A stretch of 63,448 bases of DNA, the filler included, from Octopus bimaculoides (Eukaryota), in assembly GCF_001194135.2 (NCBI RefSeq). It is 8 parts of 8 records of this genome, joined end to end, with 100 filler letters (N's around TTAATTAATTAA, not from the genome) between each part and the next. Parts side by side here need not be neighbours in the genome. Positions count along the whole stretch, not along the records: positions 44,966 to 59,443 come from NC_068982.1; positions 59,544 to 63,448 come from NC_068983.1; 6 more parts are not named here. The stretch is one strand, 5' to 3'. The translations under genes were made by a program, and so were the position numbers. This document shows, piece by piece, positions 51,130 to 63,448 of the stretch. The stretch's first letter is position 1. Each line of letters starts with the position of its first letter. The notes beneath the pieces are model-generated. The model ran no database searches. It saw only the letters and a list, made by a program, of their open reading frames with translations, and had not been told where the DNA came from.

Positions 51130-51740
51130 TTAAGAGGACCAGCTGGCAGAATCGTTAGCACGCCGAGCAAACTGCTTAGCAGGATTTCGTCCGTTTTTAC
51201 ATTCTGTGTTCAAGTTCTACCGAGACCGACTTTGCCTTTCATCCTTTCGAGTCGATAAAATAAGTACCAGTTGAACACTGGGGGCGATGTAATCGACTCA
51301 CCCACTTGCCCGAAATTACTGGCCTTGTGCCAAAATTTGAAACCTATACCAAAATGGAAGATTCCGCCGAGGTTGATTTTTGTCTTTTATCCTTTCGGGG
51401 TCGATAAATTAAGTACCAGTCGAGCACTGGGTCAATGTAATCGACTTAGCCCCTCCCCCGAAATTACTGGCCGAGTGCCAAAATTCGAAACCAATATTAA
51501 AATGGAAGATAAGGCGGTAAGCTGGCAGAGTCGTTACCGTGCCGGAAGAAAAGCTCAGCAGTATTTCTTCCGACTCCACGTTCTGAGTTTACGTCTCTCC
51601 GAGCTCGACGTTGTCTTTAATTCATTCTAGGGTAGATGAAATAAGTACCAGTTAAGTACTGCGGTCTGAGGTAATCGACTTGCCTTCCTCCAAGTTTGCT
51701 GGCCTTGGGCCAAAATTTTAAATTAATATTAAAATGGAAG
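51130..51740 (+). mobile_element. Three tandem family B SINEs
   Basis: Each ends in AAAATGGAAG (51351, 51499, 51731); middle copy 5' truncated. Confidence 0.85.
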
Positions 51741-52929
51741 AAACATATCCGAGACTGTGTACCAAGCAAACGCTCTTCAAGTACAACGTAGTAGCTTCTA
51801 TATGAGGAAGGAAATAATCTATTTGATAACGATGACTCAAGTTAAATAGCGGTAACGATCGTATAAGATGTCAACTAATGTCAAGATGAACCAATCAGGG
51901 AGTTTCTATGTGATCGCTCGACCTGACAGAAATAGCAACCATATCTCCCGTAAATCAAATGCCGCTATCGTAAATAAAGGACACGTTGCGTAATATAGTC
52001 CTCGATAAAGTTATTCCAGCCTAGATAAACACGGGTGGAGTAGCTTTTATGATAAATCAACTCGATCTCGGCTGACTTGGAACTAAACAACAGCTTTAAG
52101 CTGTCACAAGACAAGAGAAAGATAGATTTAAGACATACTAAATCTAAATATATAAAAAGAAGGGCTGAAACAAATATTTATGAAAGTATGTTAAATGTAA
52201 GTTGACAAGCAGAGTAATTATTCCAACTGATTAGGTTTACAGCTCTGAAGGATAAAGTAATGTTAAGCACCAGTTCTTCAGCAATATCTTCACAGAATTA
52301 AAATATGGCGCCTTATTGTCTTAAGTTACTGCATACTTTTGGAAGACAATCCTGACGTGATATAACTTGGGTGTTTACTATATCGAAATCGATACTTGAA
52401 GTTAAGACATTCTGGGATTCCGCAATTGCGAGAATTAGTTTGATATATTGCAACAAGTAACTTAGATATTTAACCCTTTCGTTTTGTCTCCAGAGCTCAG
52501 CTGACAGAAAAAGTGGGGATATGATATATATACCCAATAATAATGAACAAAAGTCAGCGTGAACGAACGAACGAACAAACACGAAATCTTAGAATTTCAT
52601 CATTCATCAAATAGAGACCATTCACACAAGTTATTTAAGAAGCAGAACAACAAACAAGTTTGTAAGCCTCGAACATTCTCGAACAGGATACTTTAAAAAA
52701 ATGTAAAAAACGGAAACCGTAGTTCATCGACTCTTTGTTTTGTCTAATAAATTTATAAGTATACGCCATTAGAGAATAAATTTAAAGTATACGCCATTAG
52801 AGAATTACCACAGTTAGCTTCAAATACAGACTCTCTACGTAAAATACGATGTCTTTGATGCACACAATGGTTTTAAATGTTCTCTTATTCTTTTAATGGT
52901 TTTCATTAAGAAGTTAGTAATCCTTTCTA

Positions 52930-53440
52930 CAAAGGCACAAGGCCTGAAATTTGGGGGAGGGGGCTAGTCGATTACATCGACCCTAGTGCTCTATTGGTAC
53001 CATGAAAGGTTAAAATATGATGTCGACCTCGGCGCAATTCGAACTCAGAACGTAAAGACGTACGAAATGCTAAGCATTTTGCCCAGCATGCTAACGATTC
53101 TGCCAGCTCGCGGCCTTAATTATAAGTTAATAATAATTAGAAGCTAATAACTTGTTAAATTTTGTGAATAAACTGTTCCATTAAGTTATGTATAATTATA
53201 TACGAATACGACCAGCATATACTGATTTCAAATTTTAACACAAGGCCAGCAGTTGGGCGGGGGGGTAGTAAGTCGATTACATCAACCCCAGTGCTCAGCT
53301 GGTACTAATTTTAACGATATGAAAGGCAAAGTCGTCAACGGCAGGATTTGAACCACAAACTGTAAAGACGGACGAAATGCCGCTGAGCATTTTGTCCAGC
53401 TTGCTAACGATTCTGTCTCCTCGCCGCCTAATGACCAACG

Positions 53441-53488
<48 letters not shown>

Positions 53489-54242
53489 TTATATATACAC
53501 GTGCATATATACACACATATATGAATGTATAAACACACACGTGTATTTATATACATATTTATATCATTAATGTGTACGTTTGTGTACATGTATGTATTTC
53601 TGCGCGTGTGTGTGTATTTCACTGTGTGTGTGTATTTCTGTGTGTGTGTGCGCACGCGCGTGCACAAGCGCATGAGAATGCAAGCACGTATCATTGGAGC
53701 GAAGAGCAATCTAAGAGCTTTTCATTTGAAACAGCTATTGAACACTCAATCATAACTAAACGTTATCGGAAAATTAGAGTGGCAACTGTGTGTTCAACTT
53801 GAAAGGTAGCGGAGGCCGAAAAAAGAGAAGAAACACAAAGGCGGTGAAATTGCCATATCATTAAATATACGCAGGGAATGGTGTCTGTGAGAGCATTTGT
53901 GTGTGTGTGTGCATACATACATAGATACACACACGCATGCATACCTACATACATACATGTATGCATGCATACGTGCATACATACATACATGCGTACGTAC
54001 ATACGTACGTACATAGATACTTGTGTGCGTACGTACGTACATACGTGTGCGTACGTACGTATATACATGCGTGCGTACATACGTATGTTCGTAAATACAT
54101 GCATGCGTACGTACGTACATGCGTGCGTGCGTACGTACGTACATACATACATGCATGCGTACGTACATGCGTGCGTACGTACATGCGTGCGTACGTGCGT
54201 GCGTGCGTACGCACGTGCATGCAAGCATGCGTACGTACGTAC

Positions 54243-54276
<34 letters not shown>

Positions 54277-54499
54277 TATTTCTTTACTACCCACAAGGGG
54301 CTACACACAGAGGGGACAGACAAACGGATTAAGTCGATTATATCGACCCTAGTGCGTAACTGGTACTTATTTAATTGACCCTGAAAGGATGAAAGGCAAA
54401 GTCGACCTCGGCGGAATTTGAACTCAGAACGTAGCGGCAGACGAAATACCGCTAAGCATTTCGCCCGGCGTGCTAACGTTTCTGCCAGCTCGCCGCCTT
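52930..54499 (-). mobile_element. Three family B SINE copies (~52930-53125, ~53230-53430, 54276-54499)
   Basis: Reverse-complement matches to 8644-8880. Confidence 0.85.
53900..54268. repeat. Mixed (TACG/TGCG/TACA/TGCA)n alternating purine-pyrimidine tract
   Basis: Direct reading; CpG-rich and partly self-complementary. Confidence 0.95.
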
Positions 54500-56233
54500 T
54501 ATATATTTATATATGTGTGCATGCCTACATACATACATACATACATATGAAAGAGCCTTGGTTCTAGGTTAGAAACCCGCTCTTTCCCTATTGATAAATC
54601 TTTAAATGAAACTGAATAACGACATACATACATACATGAACTGGTACTACTTTGGTTACGACGACAAAGGTTCCAGTCGAACGGAACTGCTTGCTCTATA
54701 ACCATGGTGAGAATGTTACCAACTTTGTCAATATCCTGTAGAGTTTCTTTAAATTCATCAAATGATCGCTTGCTACATCTCAATGTTCTTTACCCTTGAA
54801 TGAAAGTACCTAGTCGTCTGGGATCTTTTTTAAAACGGGGGCCACATTTTTCATTAACGAACCACTTTGAAACTTGGAACACTGGTAGAATGTGTCATAT
54901 AAAACATCTTTTTCTCTTAGTCTTCTTAAAAAAAAAAAGAAATCCATAAGTTATTCCATGTTAAAGTTGTCGTATTTCTGTAATTTCAACCAATCACTGA
55001 CGTCCATTCAGCCGATATACATTAAGTGCCGACTACATAAACAAACGATTCTGAAACAATTAACCATAACCCTAAGGTTAGGGTTAGGGTTAAAGCAAAT
55101 TTAAAATGAAAAAAGCAAATAAAACGAAGGTATGGAGATTAAATACGCTTTACGTCGCTTAATCAGCCAAAGGAGTAAATATAAACAACTGAATACTTGT
55201 CAGTGATTGGTTGAAATTATCGAAATAAGACAATTTTTTTTACATGAAATAAATTCGAATACAAAAATATTTTTCTGTTCTATAACACAAAATAGATAAG
55301 TATACGAAGTTTGAAAGTCTTTCCGTACCAAAAACACTACGTAAAACATTAATGAAAACTGGTGCCCCCGTTTTGAACTAGATCCGTCGTCTGGAGAGTC
55401 TATGATTAGATGCATCTACTTTAGAAATTATGGGTCGGAGAGAGTTATTTTGCTTGTCTTAAAAATGCTATAAATATTCCCCGCTCTAAACTTACCCTAC
55501 ATCGACTGTAAACGGATAGAGCCTTCACGAGTGTTTGCCCCAATAATTAATTCAGCTGCGCTGTGTTGTCTTATCTAATTTTGACGCATTTGCTGTTATT
55601 ATATAGTCTACCGTTTATATTTTAAACGTATTCGCCTTTGTTCATAACAAACAGGCTGCTCTTATCGCTCTTGCATATTACACGATTACCGTTAATTTTC
55701 TAGCCCTGCAGAACTACTTAGAGATTCTTAAGTACGTTTTTGCGGTTATATTTACGTCTCTGTTTGTTGCTTCCGTACTTATATTAGTCTCACGGTTTAT
55801 CGCCAATTATTTACTATACTTTTACCGCCAGTAGTCTCGGGAGACTGATAGTGTAATTTAAGTTCGAATTTCTTTATATTTTGGTCGAAAGTTTGTGCCG
55901 AAATTTATGTTATTTGATCAGGGTTAAACGTATGTATGCATGAGAGTTTAAAGAATTTGTCTTCTTGTGTTGGCAACAATATTTTCCTCCGCTATAAAAA
56001 CTGCTGAGATTCTGTGTATTGTTGTTCTTTACCCGATGGGAACTCGAAGTCTGTATACTATCGATAGCTGACAAGTTATTAAGTAAATGTGTTAAGTACT
56101 AATTTGTCGACGTCTGTTTTTTTTATTTTTTTTACGTATTTTTTTTTTTACTTGGGAAATTTCCGTTGATAATTTTTTTCCTATATCCTGCGTTGCAACG
56201 AATATTTTTCGTTCGATCAGCTATTTCCTGAAT

Positions 56234-56272
<39 letters not shown>

Positions 56273-56715
56273 GTATGTGTGTGAGCACGAGTGTGCGTCC
56301 GTGTAGATGTGAATGTGCGTGTACACGCGTGTGGTATATATGGTATGTATGTATGTATGCGTGTGTATACATACACACATACGCAAGTCGTATGTGTGTA
56401 TAAATAATATACATCTATTCATAAGTATACTCAAATATGTATATTGATGATATATATATATATATGTATATATATAATATATATGTGTGTGTATGTATTC
56501 GTGTCTGTGTTTGCCCCCTCTACCATTGCTTGACAAACGTTGTTGGTGTGCTTACGTCTCTTAGTGGTTCGGCAAAAGAGACCGATAGAATAAGTACTAG
56601 GCTTACAAAAAATAAGTCCTGGGGTCGATTTATTCGTCTAAAGGCGGTGCTTCAGTATGGCCACAGTCAAATGGCTGAAAAAAGTAAGAAAATATAGATA
56701 CAGAGATGTGTGTGG

Positions 56716-56757
<42 letters not shown>

Positions 56758-56778
56758 ATTTGTGTGTGTGTGTGTGTA

Positions 56779-56813
<35 letters not shown>

Positions 56814-56967
56814 TTGTGTGTGTGTGTGTGTGTGTATTTGTGTGTGTGTGTGTGTGTATTTATGTGTGTTTGTGTGCGTGTGTATATGTATGTATACATG
56901 CATTCATATATGTACACACACATACATTTAGTAATGTATGCGTGTATGTGGTAGTGATGGGGCGGGG

Positions 56968-57175
56968 TAAGGCGGTGAGCTGGCAGAGTCGTCAGCACGT
57001 CGGGCAAAATGTTAACAGTATTTCGTCCGTCGCTACGTTCTGAGTTCAAATTCCGTCGAGGTTAACTTTGCCTTTCATTCTTTCGGAGTCGATAAAATAA
57101 GTAGCAGTCAAGGATTAAGTTTGTCGTAGTCGACTTATCCCCTCACTCGAAATTGCTGGCCTTGTGCCAAAATGT
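56968..57175 (+). mobile_element. SINE family B
   Basis: AAGGCGGTGAGCTGGCAG head and core match. Confidence 0.85.
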
Positions 57176-57527
57176 TAACCCGATATAGTATATGTATCCC
57201 CCCCCCCCATTATACATTAGCCATTCTTTCAGTGCTCTGCTTTGTTATAATCAGAAATGGCTGTGATGAAAGTAGCATTAATTTTCTTAGTTGTTCAATT
57301 TTCCTCAATTAATCAATAGACAACTTGAGTAAAATTATCAGTGATATATCTACAGCGACTACTGAAAACAGCTGTAAGCCAAATTTGCTCCAATAAAAGA
57401 AAAATATCTATTGACCATTATTTTTAACTTGTTTCTTATATATATATATATTGATAGAAAGGACAACAAAAGAAAGAAAGAGACCTCGATATTATGTAAA
57501 TAGAGGAATTTATCTGTAAAAATATGG

Positions 57528-57787
57528 GACACTTATTGGTAGCCATGATAAAACTCCGAGTTTCGGATGCCGGGGTGGGAACCCACGCCAACAGTGTCTC
57601 ATGAGACATATATAAATATCTGTTTCTTACCCATCACCCCTAGACAACCGGGGTTGGTATTTCTGCTTGCTTTGGGGTCATTTTTCACAGGAATTTTCAA
57701 TGGCCGGATAACTGAAGAGATGTTGGCATGGGTTCCCACCTCGGCATCCGAAACTCGGAGTTTTATCATGGCTACCGAATAAGTGTC
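57528..57787. mobile_element. Fold-back element (66/67-bp inverted arms), probably Penelope-derived
   Basis: Arms 57528-57593 and 57721-57787 differ at about 3 positions; the right arm overlaps a hammerhead fold. Confidence 0.8.
57701..57774 (+). ncRNA. Putative type I hammerhead ribozyme
   Basis: Stem I (TGGCCG)GATAA/TTATC(ATGGCTA), CTGAAGA, stem II GATGTTGG/TCGGCATC, GAAA, stem III ACTC/GAGT, GUU site; one extra C before GAAA. Confidence 0.6.
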
Positions 57788-57798
57788 TCTCTCTCTCA

Positions 57799-57843
<45 letters not shown>

Positions 57844-57845
57844 TA

Positions 57846-58031
57846 TTGTGTCTGGGGAGTCATTCTCTTATAGTGTCTTATTATTTAACACCCACCCAGA
57901 GTCAACGACTATTGAAAAGGTTGCAAGACACAACGGAAATTTTAAGAAAAAAAATAATAAATGAGTGGAAATCGAACCGGTGAGTGGGTTGAATAAAAAA
58001 GCACTAAAAGAGAATGACTCCCCAGACACAA
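57846..58031. mobile_element. MITE with TA target site
   Basis: Perfect 24-bp TIR TTGTGTCTGGGGAGTCATTCTCTT extending imperfectly to about 50 bp. Confidence 0.88.
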
Positions 58032-58588
58032 TAAAATATGCTTCAACACACGAATTCACATGAAGAATCTTGCAAACCAAATACAAAAAGCGAAATAAAT
58101 AATGATACACACACACATACACACACACACACATATCATGGATATAAATATGTATTTAAAATGCTATCTTCTCTTACGGCATTTTTATCATTTTGTAAGA
58201 AAAAATCCCCCCACACGAATGTGCGAAAACGAATATCGCTTTATATATTCAGCAGTTTTTCATTTTAAGTCTTGACCAAAGACCAAATATCGAATCGTAT
58301 TGACTAATAATGTTTTTCCTGCAGCCCGGCTTGATAAGAATTTCTTTCAATGGTTGTTTTCTCACTTTTGATTACTATATCGTTTCGTAGGGATACTTGT
58401 TTGGTCATTCAGTTTTCATATTGTGCGGAACGGCCATTTGTGACTGATCCAATCGTGGAATCACATGTATGATCGAAGAACAGGCGAGACTTGCGCAAAT
58501 CTTTCTCATGAGCCACTGAATACCAATAAACACGTATGTGTGTGTGTACACACACACACACAGATATATATATATATATATATAATGT

Positions 58589-58926
58589 GTGAAGGCGCAT
58601 AGCTCAGTAGGTGGAGCGTCGAGCTTACGATCGCGAGGTTGTGAGTTCGAATCCCGGACCGGGCTGCGTGTTGTGTTCTTGAGCAAGACACTTTATTTCA
58701 CGTTGCTCCAGTTCACTCAGCTGTAGAAATGAGTTGCGACGTCACTGGTGCCAAGCTGTATCAGCCCCTTTTGCCTTTCCCTTGGATAACACTGGTGGCG
58801 TGGAGAGAGGAGGCTGGTATGCATGGGCGACTGCTGGTTTTCCATAAACAACCTTGCCTGGACTTGTGCTTCGGAGGGTAACTTTCTAGGTGCAATCCTA
58901 TGGTCAGTCATGACCGAAGGGGTCTC
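58589..58926 (+). mobile_element. SINE family C, near full length
   Basis: A-box TAGCTCAGTAGG, B-box GTTCGAATCC, GTTCTTGAGCAAGACAC core; relatives at 24233, 48497, 60615. Confidence 0.9.
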
Positions 58927-58929
58927 AGC

Positions 58930-58969
<40 letters not shown>

Positions 58970-59998
58970 ATGTATATATGTATGTATATAAACATGTATA
59001 GATATGTATAGACATGTATATGCATCTATGTACCTGTCTGTCTGTCTTCCAATGAATGTATGTCTGTATCTGTCTACATACCTGTCTGCCGAACGCGCGT
59101 GCAGGCACACACGCACATACACTCACACGCACGCACATACACCCACTCGCGCACCCACTCGCGCACGCACACACGCGCGCACACGCAAACGCGCATACAC
59201 ACGCAAACGCGCACACACACGCACGCACACACACACACACACGCACGCACGCACATCTTCACTGTCATTTGCTTGAACCGTAGGCGCTTGTCATTCTGTT
59301 GATTCCTAGTTTGTTTCAGTTCGCTTCTTCTCACTTCTACATTTCTCCCAATAATTTGCTTCTGGTATAAATCAGTGAATTGGATAAAGCTACCCTTATG
59401 TGCGCTTCTTGTGATGTAGGTTCATCTGTTATCTCGGATAAAANNNNNNNNNNNNNNNNNNNNNNNNNNNNNNNNNNNNNNNNNNNNTTAATTAATTAAN
59501 NNNNNNNNNNNNNNNNNNNNNNNNNNNNNNNNNNNNNNNNNNNTATATATATATATATGCACACGCACTTACACACACATCACATATATATATTATATAT
59601 ATGTAAGGCATATTTGTACTTTTCTCAAATAGACAACTGAACTGAACTTTTTAGCAAAATTTATGAAACGTAGGAAGTTATAATTCAGAAACAAAAGAGT
59701 AACATACGCGTTTCTGAAACATAGTTACATCGCTGTTAGAACATTCGAATTTACAACTGATTCTAGTCTGTCGCCTTGCGTTCAAAATGAACTATTATGT
59801 ATTTTGTATACCAAAAACATTTATGTACATTCCCCACACCTAGGCCATTGTTTGAAGCAACATACGTGCTGTTAAAATGTAAAAATGTAGAAGTATATTT
59901 TGCTAGTCAAACTTCAATTAAAGCTCGAGATAATTCTCCCCTGTATGTTTTAAAGAGTTTTGCACTTGAGCCTTCTTGGTGACTCTCTAAGTATATTA

Positions 59999-60575
59999 TG
60001 GGGTGTCTCAAAAGTAAGGCCACCAACTTTTTTCAATTTTGCCGAAGCAAAATATTGTTATATTTAGAGTCCGAGCGTTGCAATGCAATCATAAAAGAAA
60101 CACAATTATTACACAACTATATGTATTCCATATGGCTACCTTTGTTTTGAGACATAGCCTTATGACTAGGTTAGAATGCTTCACATGCGGCACCCAGCCG
60201 CTCTTGTAGAAGAAAATCCCATTCCTGCTTTTAGGGCATCGAGCGAAGCAAGAAGAGTGCTCGAGAACCTCCTTCATGATGGACCAACGAGTTTAGATCG
60301 AAGATTCTCGTAGGCCATACATCCTTGCCTATGAACGGTAGAATGTTCTTTTTTTTTTTGCTGAATCTAGTATTGTATCTGTCTGGAGATGCGAAACGTT
60401 GCCGAATCCTGTTGGAAGCTCCAAGTTGCTCTTTGAAAGTGATCATTCACCCACTGAAACTGTTCGGCTTCCAGAATGTTGCTAATAGATCGCTGAGTGT
60501 TAATTTCTTCAAATCTATGAAGAATTGGAAATTGTTTGACATAAGACAACAGACTTTTCACTTTTAGTACCATAA
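59999..60575 (-). mobile_element. Tc1/mariner (maT/DD37D-like) transposase remnant, 3' end
   Basis: WSFQQDSA and FIGKDVWP...DLN motifs; TIR-like TGGGGTGTCTCAAAAGT after TA. Confidence 0.7.
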
Positions 60576-61239
60576 AGAAGACGTCGGGGAGTGAGTATTA
60601 GTTTTTGCGAATAAAGGCGCGTCGTTTCGTGGTTAAGATATTCAGATTCCTATTGTAAGGACGTTAGTTTGATTCCCGGCGTTGTGTCCTGCACTAAGAC
60701 ACTTTATTTCACATTGTTCTAGGTCACTCAGCTGGCAAAGATGAGTTGTACCTGTATTTCAAAGTGTAGTCTTGTCACATTCAATATCTCGCTGAATTTC
60801 TCTGGGAACTACATTAAACAGAAAGTCAAAGGATATTTAGCACGGTTAGTATATACCTGTGTTATACGTAACTTATAGAGATAGATTATGTGTTAAATAT
60901 CTCTATTTATCTACCTTTTTCTGATGACGGAATACTCAGCATATTGAGTCTTTGCTCTGAACAATTTTGTGATATCCTAGAAATACACGCGTACAATACA
61001 TCTGATAGGTTTCCATCTGTCTAATTACACTCACGACGTAGCTGTTGATGCGAAACCACTATTGAAAGTGTTGTATTTCCAAAAAGTCCCAGATCATGTG
61101 CATGCGAAAGTAAGAGCTTACCCAATGAGATATATACCAAAATATATATATTTATATGTTCTCACATGCAACGAAAGAAAGCATCAATATTCCTTCCAGA
61201 AAAATAGGCTTATTAGATAGAATTCCCAGATTCTGTGAC

Positions 61240-61293
<54 letters not shown>

Positions 61294-63415
61294 CCCCATT
61301 GTTGGGACCACGTATATTGCAGGAGTACTCCTTTTTTACCATCTCAGTGTACTGGAGCGACGGAGAATGATGTGTTTTGTTCAAGAACATAACGCTTTGC
61401 CTATGATCCTGATTAAGTTGTATTGCTTTTTTCTAAACAATGGCATTAAAATATAAGACTTCTTTTGAATTTCTGGGTTCCTACCAGATATATTTAAATA
61501 AACTTATTCTTCACCTTCAAATTTATATAAGCAATCTATGCATTAATATAATAACTGGACTATCCCTTATCGTGTCTTTGAACAAGAAACTCTGCACTTA
61601 ATATCTCGCTTAACTTAAATTTGTTCAGCGAGTTCACTGTTCATCAGTTACTTATAACCTGAGAAAATGTTGATACCCTTTGATGTTTCCATGATATACT
61701 TCAACGTTAAAGACGTTAAATCCTTGTGGAAAAATATCAATTTCATTTTAAGTTTTAACAGGATAGACGAAAAAGTCATTTAAAATGTTGAACGAAATCT
61801 TGTGAATATACTTCATTCGTGGTAGTTTATATGTTAGATACAGACTTTCGTTGGTTGTGAGATTTGCAAGCTTTGATGAACGACTAAGAAAGAAGGTGTC
61901 GAGTGGACAGCAAATCATAGGAAGCTAAGATAATCACAAATGTTTTCGATAGAAGAAAACTTACCAAGCTTCTAGGAAAGAAAATGTTTCTTTGTGTTAA
62001 CTATCACTCCTTTCTATCTGTTTTTATCTGTTTTTATCTGTTTTGCGTCGTTAAAAGGTAAGACATGCAGAGTCACCTAAAACCAAATATTAGCTATTAG
62101 GAGCCCTGTAAGCATGAATAAAGTCGTACGTGATATATATATATGTATACGTGATATATATATATGTATACATATATATGCATATATATATATATATANN
62201 NNNNNNNNNNNNNNNNNNNNNNNNNNNNNNNNNNNNNNNNNNNNNNNNNNNNNNNNNNNNNNNNNNNNNNNNNNNNNNNNNNNNNNNNNNNNNNNNNNNN
62301 NNNNNNNNNNNNNNNNNNNNNNNNNNNNNNNNNNNNNNNNNNNNNNNNNNNNNNNNNNNNNNNNNNNNNNATATATGTATGTATGTATGTGTGTGTGTGT
62401 GTGCAGTCGTTTGTATGAGTGTGTGTGTGTGTGAGTATCAAAATAATGCGATACAAACTATATTGTCAATTGTTAAGAGTGTCTTTTAAGATGTCAATAG
62501 ACAAAATTGATTTTCTTAACCGTAGAAGGACTTCGGTACTGGGTTTGCATAGAGTAAATGTATATCTTTAATTTTGAGTGATATAGATAATTGTAAAATT
62601 TATGAATATTAGCACTTAAACGTTTTCAAAAACACATGATTATCTGGAATGCGATGCCACAAATAAATTCATTTTAACTTTTCACAATTTTATTTCTTCA
62701 GTATTTCAAAAGTTGGGTTACTTAATATACGTCGAAATTAAGTAAGTGTGACATAAATATTTGAAGAAAATTGAAGTTAACAATAAGTATAAATTACTAT
62801 ATCCGTTTATATTTCACCAATGTTAATATAGCTGATACTACAGATGTATAAAAACTAGGAGATAGATATGTAAACTAAGGCACTGGTATTTAAATGCCAC
62901 ACATTACTTTAAAATATAAATTGTATCTTCGAGATATATATACATATAAATATTTCAGATAATTGATAATTGGTTATATTAATTAGTTTCAAAGCAGTAA
63001 ATTGTAATGTAATTATTTTTTTGTGATACTAGTAAGAGTACTTCCTTAATGAAATTAAAGTTTCTGAGGGAAAATAATTCGTCTGCAAGTTATTTTACAT
63101 AATATACGTAATTGCAATTAGTAAATGAAACCATGTACATAGTCGGACTAACATTTTTTGCAGAATTAAGGAAAATGTTAATCGAATTAAAGATTTTCTT
63201 TCCAAATCGGCGTCTTACATTATATGGCAATGAACGAATTGCAATATACAAAATCATTTAATTTCGTTATCGCTGCCTAAGTGCTTAGCAAAAGTCGTAT
63301 TATGCAATTAAATAAACTATAAAACATTTTATATCAAGTACGTTGTCTCAGACTAGTTTATAGCTGCAATTAACACCGATATGTACATGTGTCACTGCAT
63401 GCATATGTTTAAATA

Positions 63416-63448
<33 letters not shown>

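Noticed and set aside
55070-55095. Telomere-like TTAGGG repeats
   Set aside because: Only 2-3 units inside a small inverted-repeat element (~54968-55233); too short for an interstitial telomere claim.

Overview
AT-rich, repeat-dense eukaryotic scaffold, most likely an octopus-type cephalopod (inferred from SINE families resembling octopus tRNA-derived SINEs and very dense microsatellites; species not proven). One host gene is supportable: five + strand exons (10840-21859) splice in frame into the intermediate domain, TIR domain and a C-terminal tail of the TLR adaptor MyD88. The death-domain exon(s) are not visible in the called bases. The rest is transposon debris: Tigger/pogo, mariner, Tc1, maT-like, hAT (including hAT nested in hAT), several MITEs, Penelope-like RT/GIY-YIG fragments, CR1, RTE and RLE-type LINE ends, and many SINE copies. 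Seven 100-bp scaffolding cassettes (44 N + TTAATTAATTAA + 44 N) are artefacts. The most interesting signals are several unrelated short elements with hammerhead-ribozyme-like folds. One has a tRNA-derived Pol III head, i.e. a candidate ribozyme-bearing, Penelope-mobilised SINE (47.2 kb; relative at 36.8 kb). One is a near-complete type I hammerhead inside a fold-back element (57.7 kb). One is a variant with an extra helix in a possible 279-bp tandem unit (27.8 kb). There is also a CpG-depleted block running about 12 kb past the MyD88 stop. No CRISPR array, rRNA or bona fide tRNA gene was seen. All folds and alignments were done by eye.
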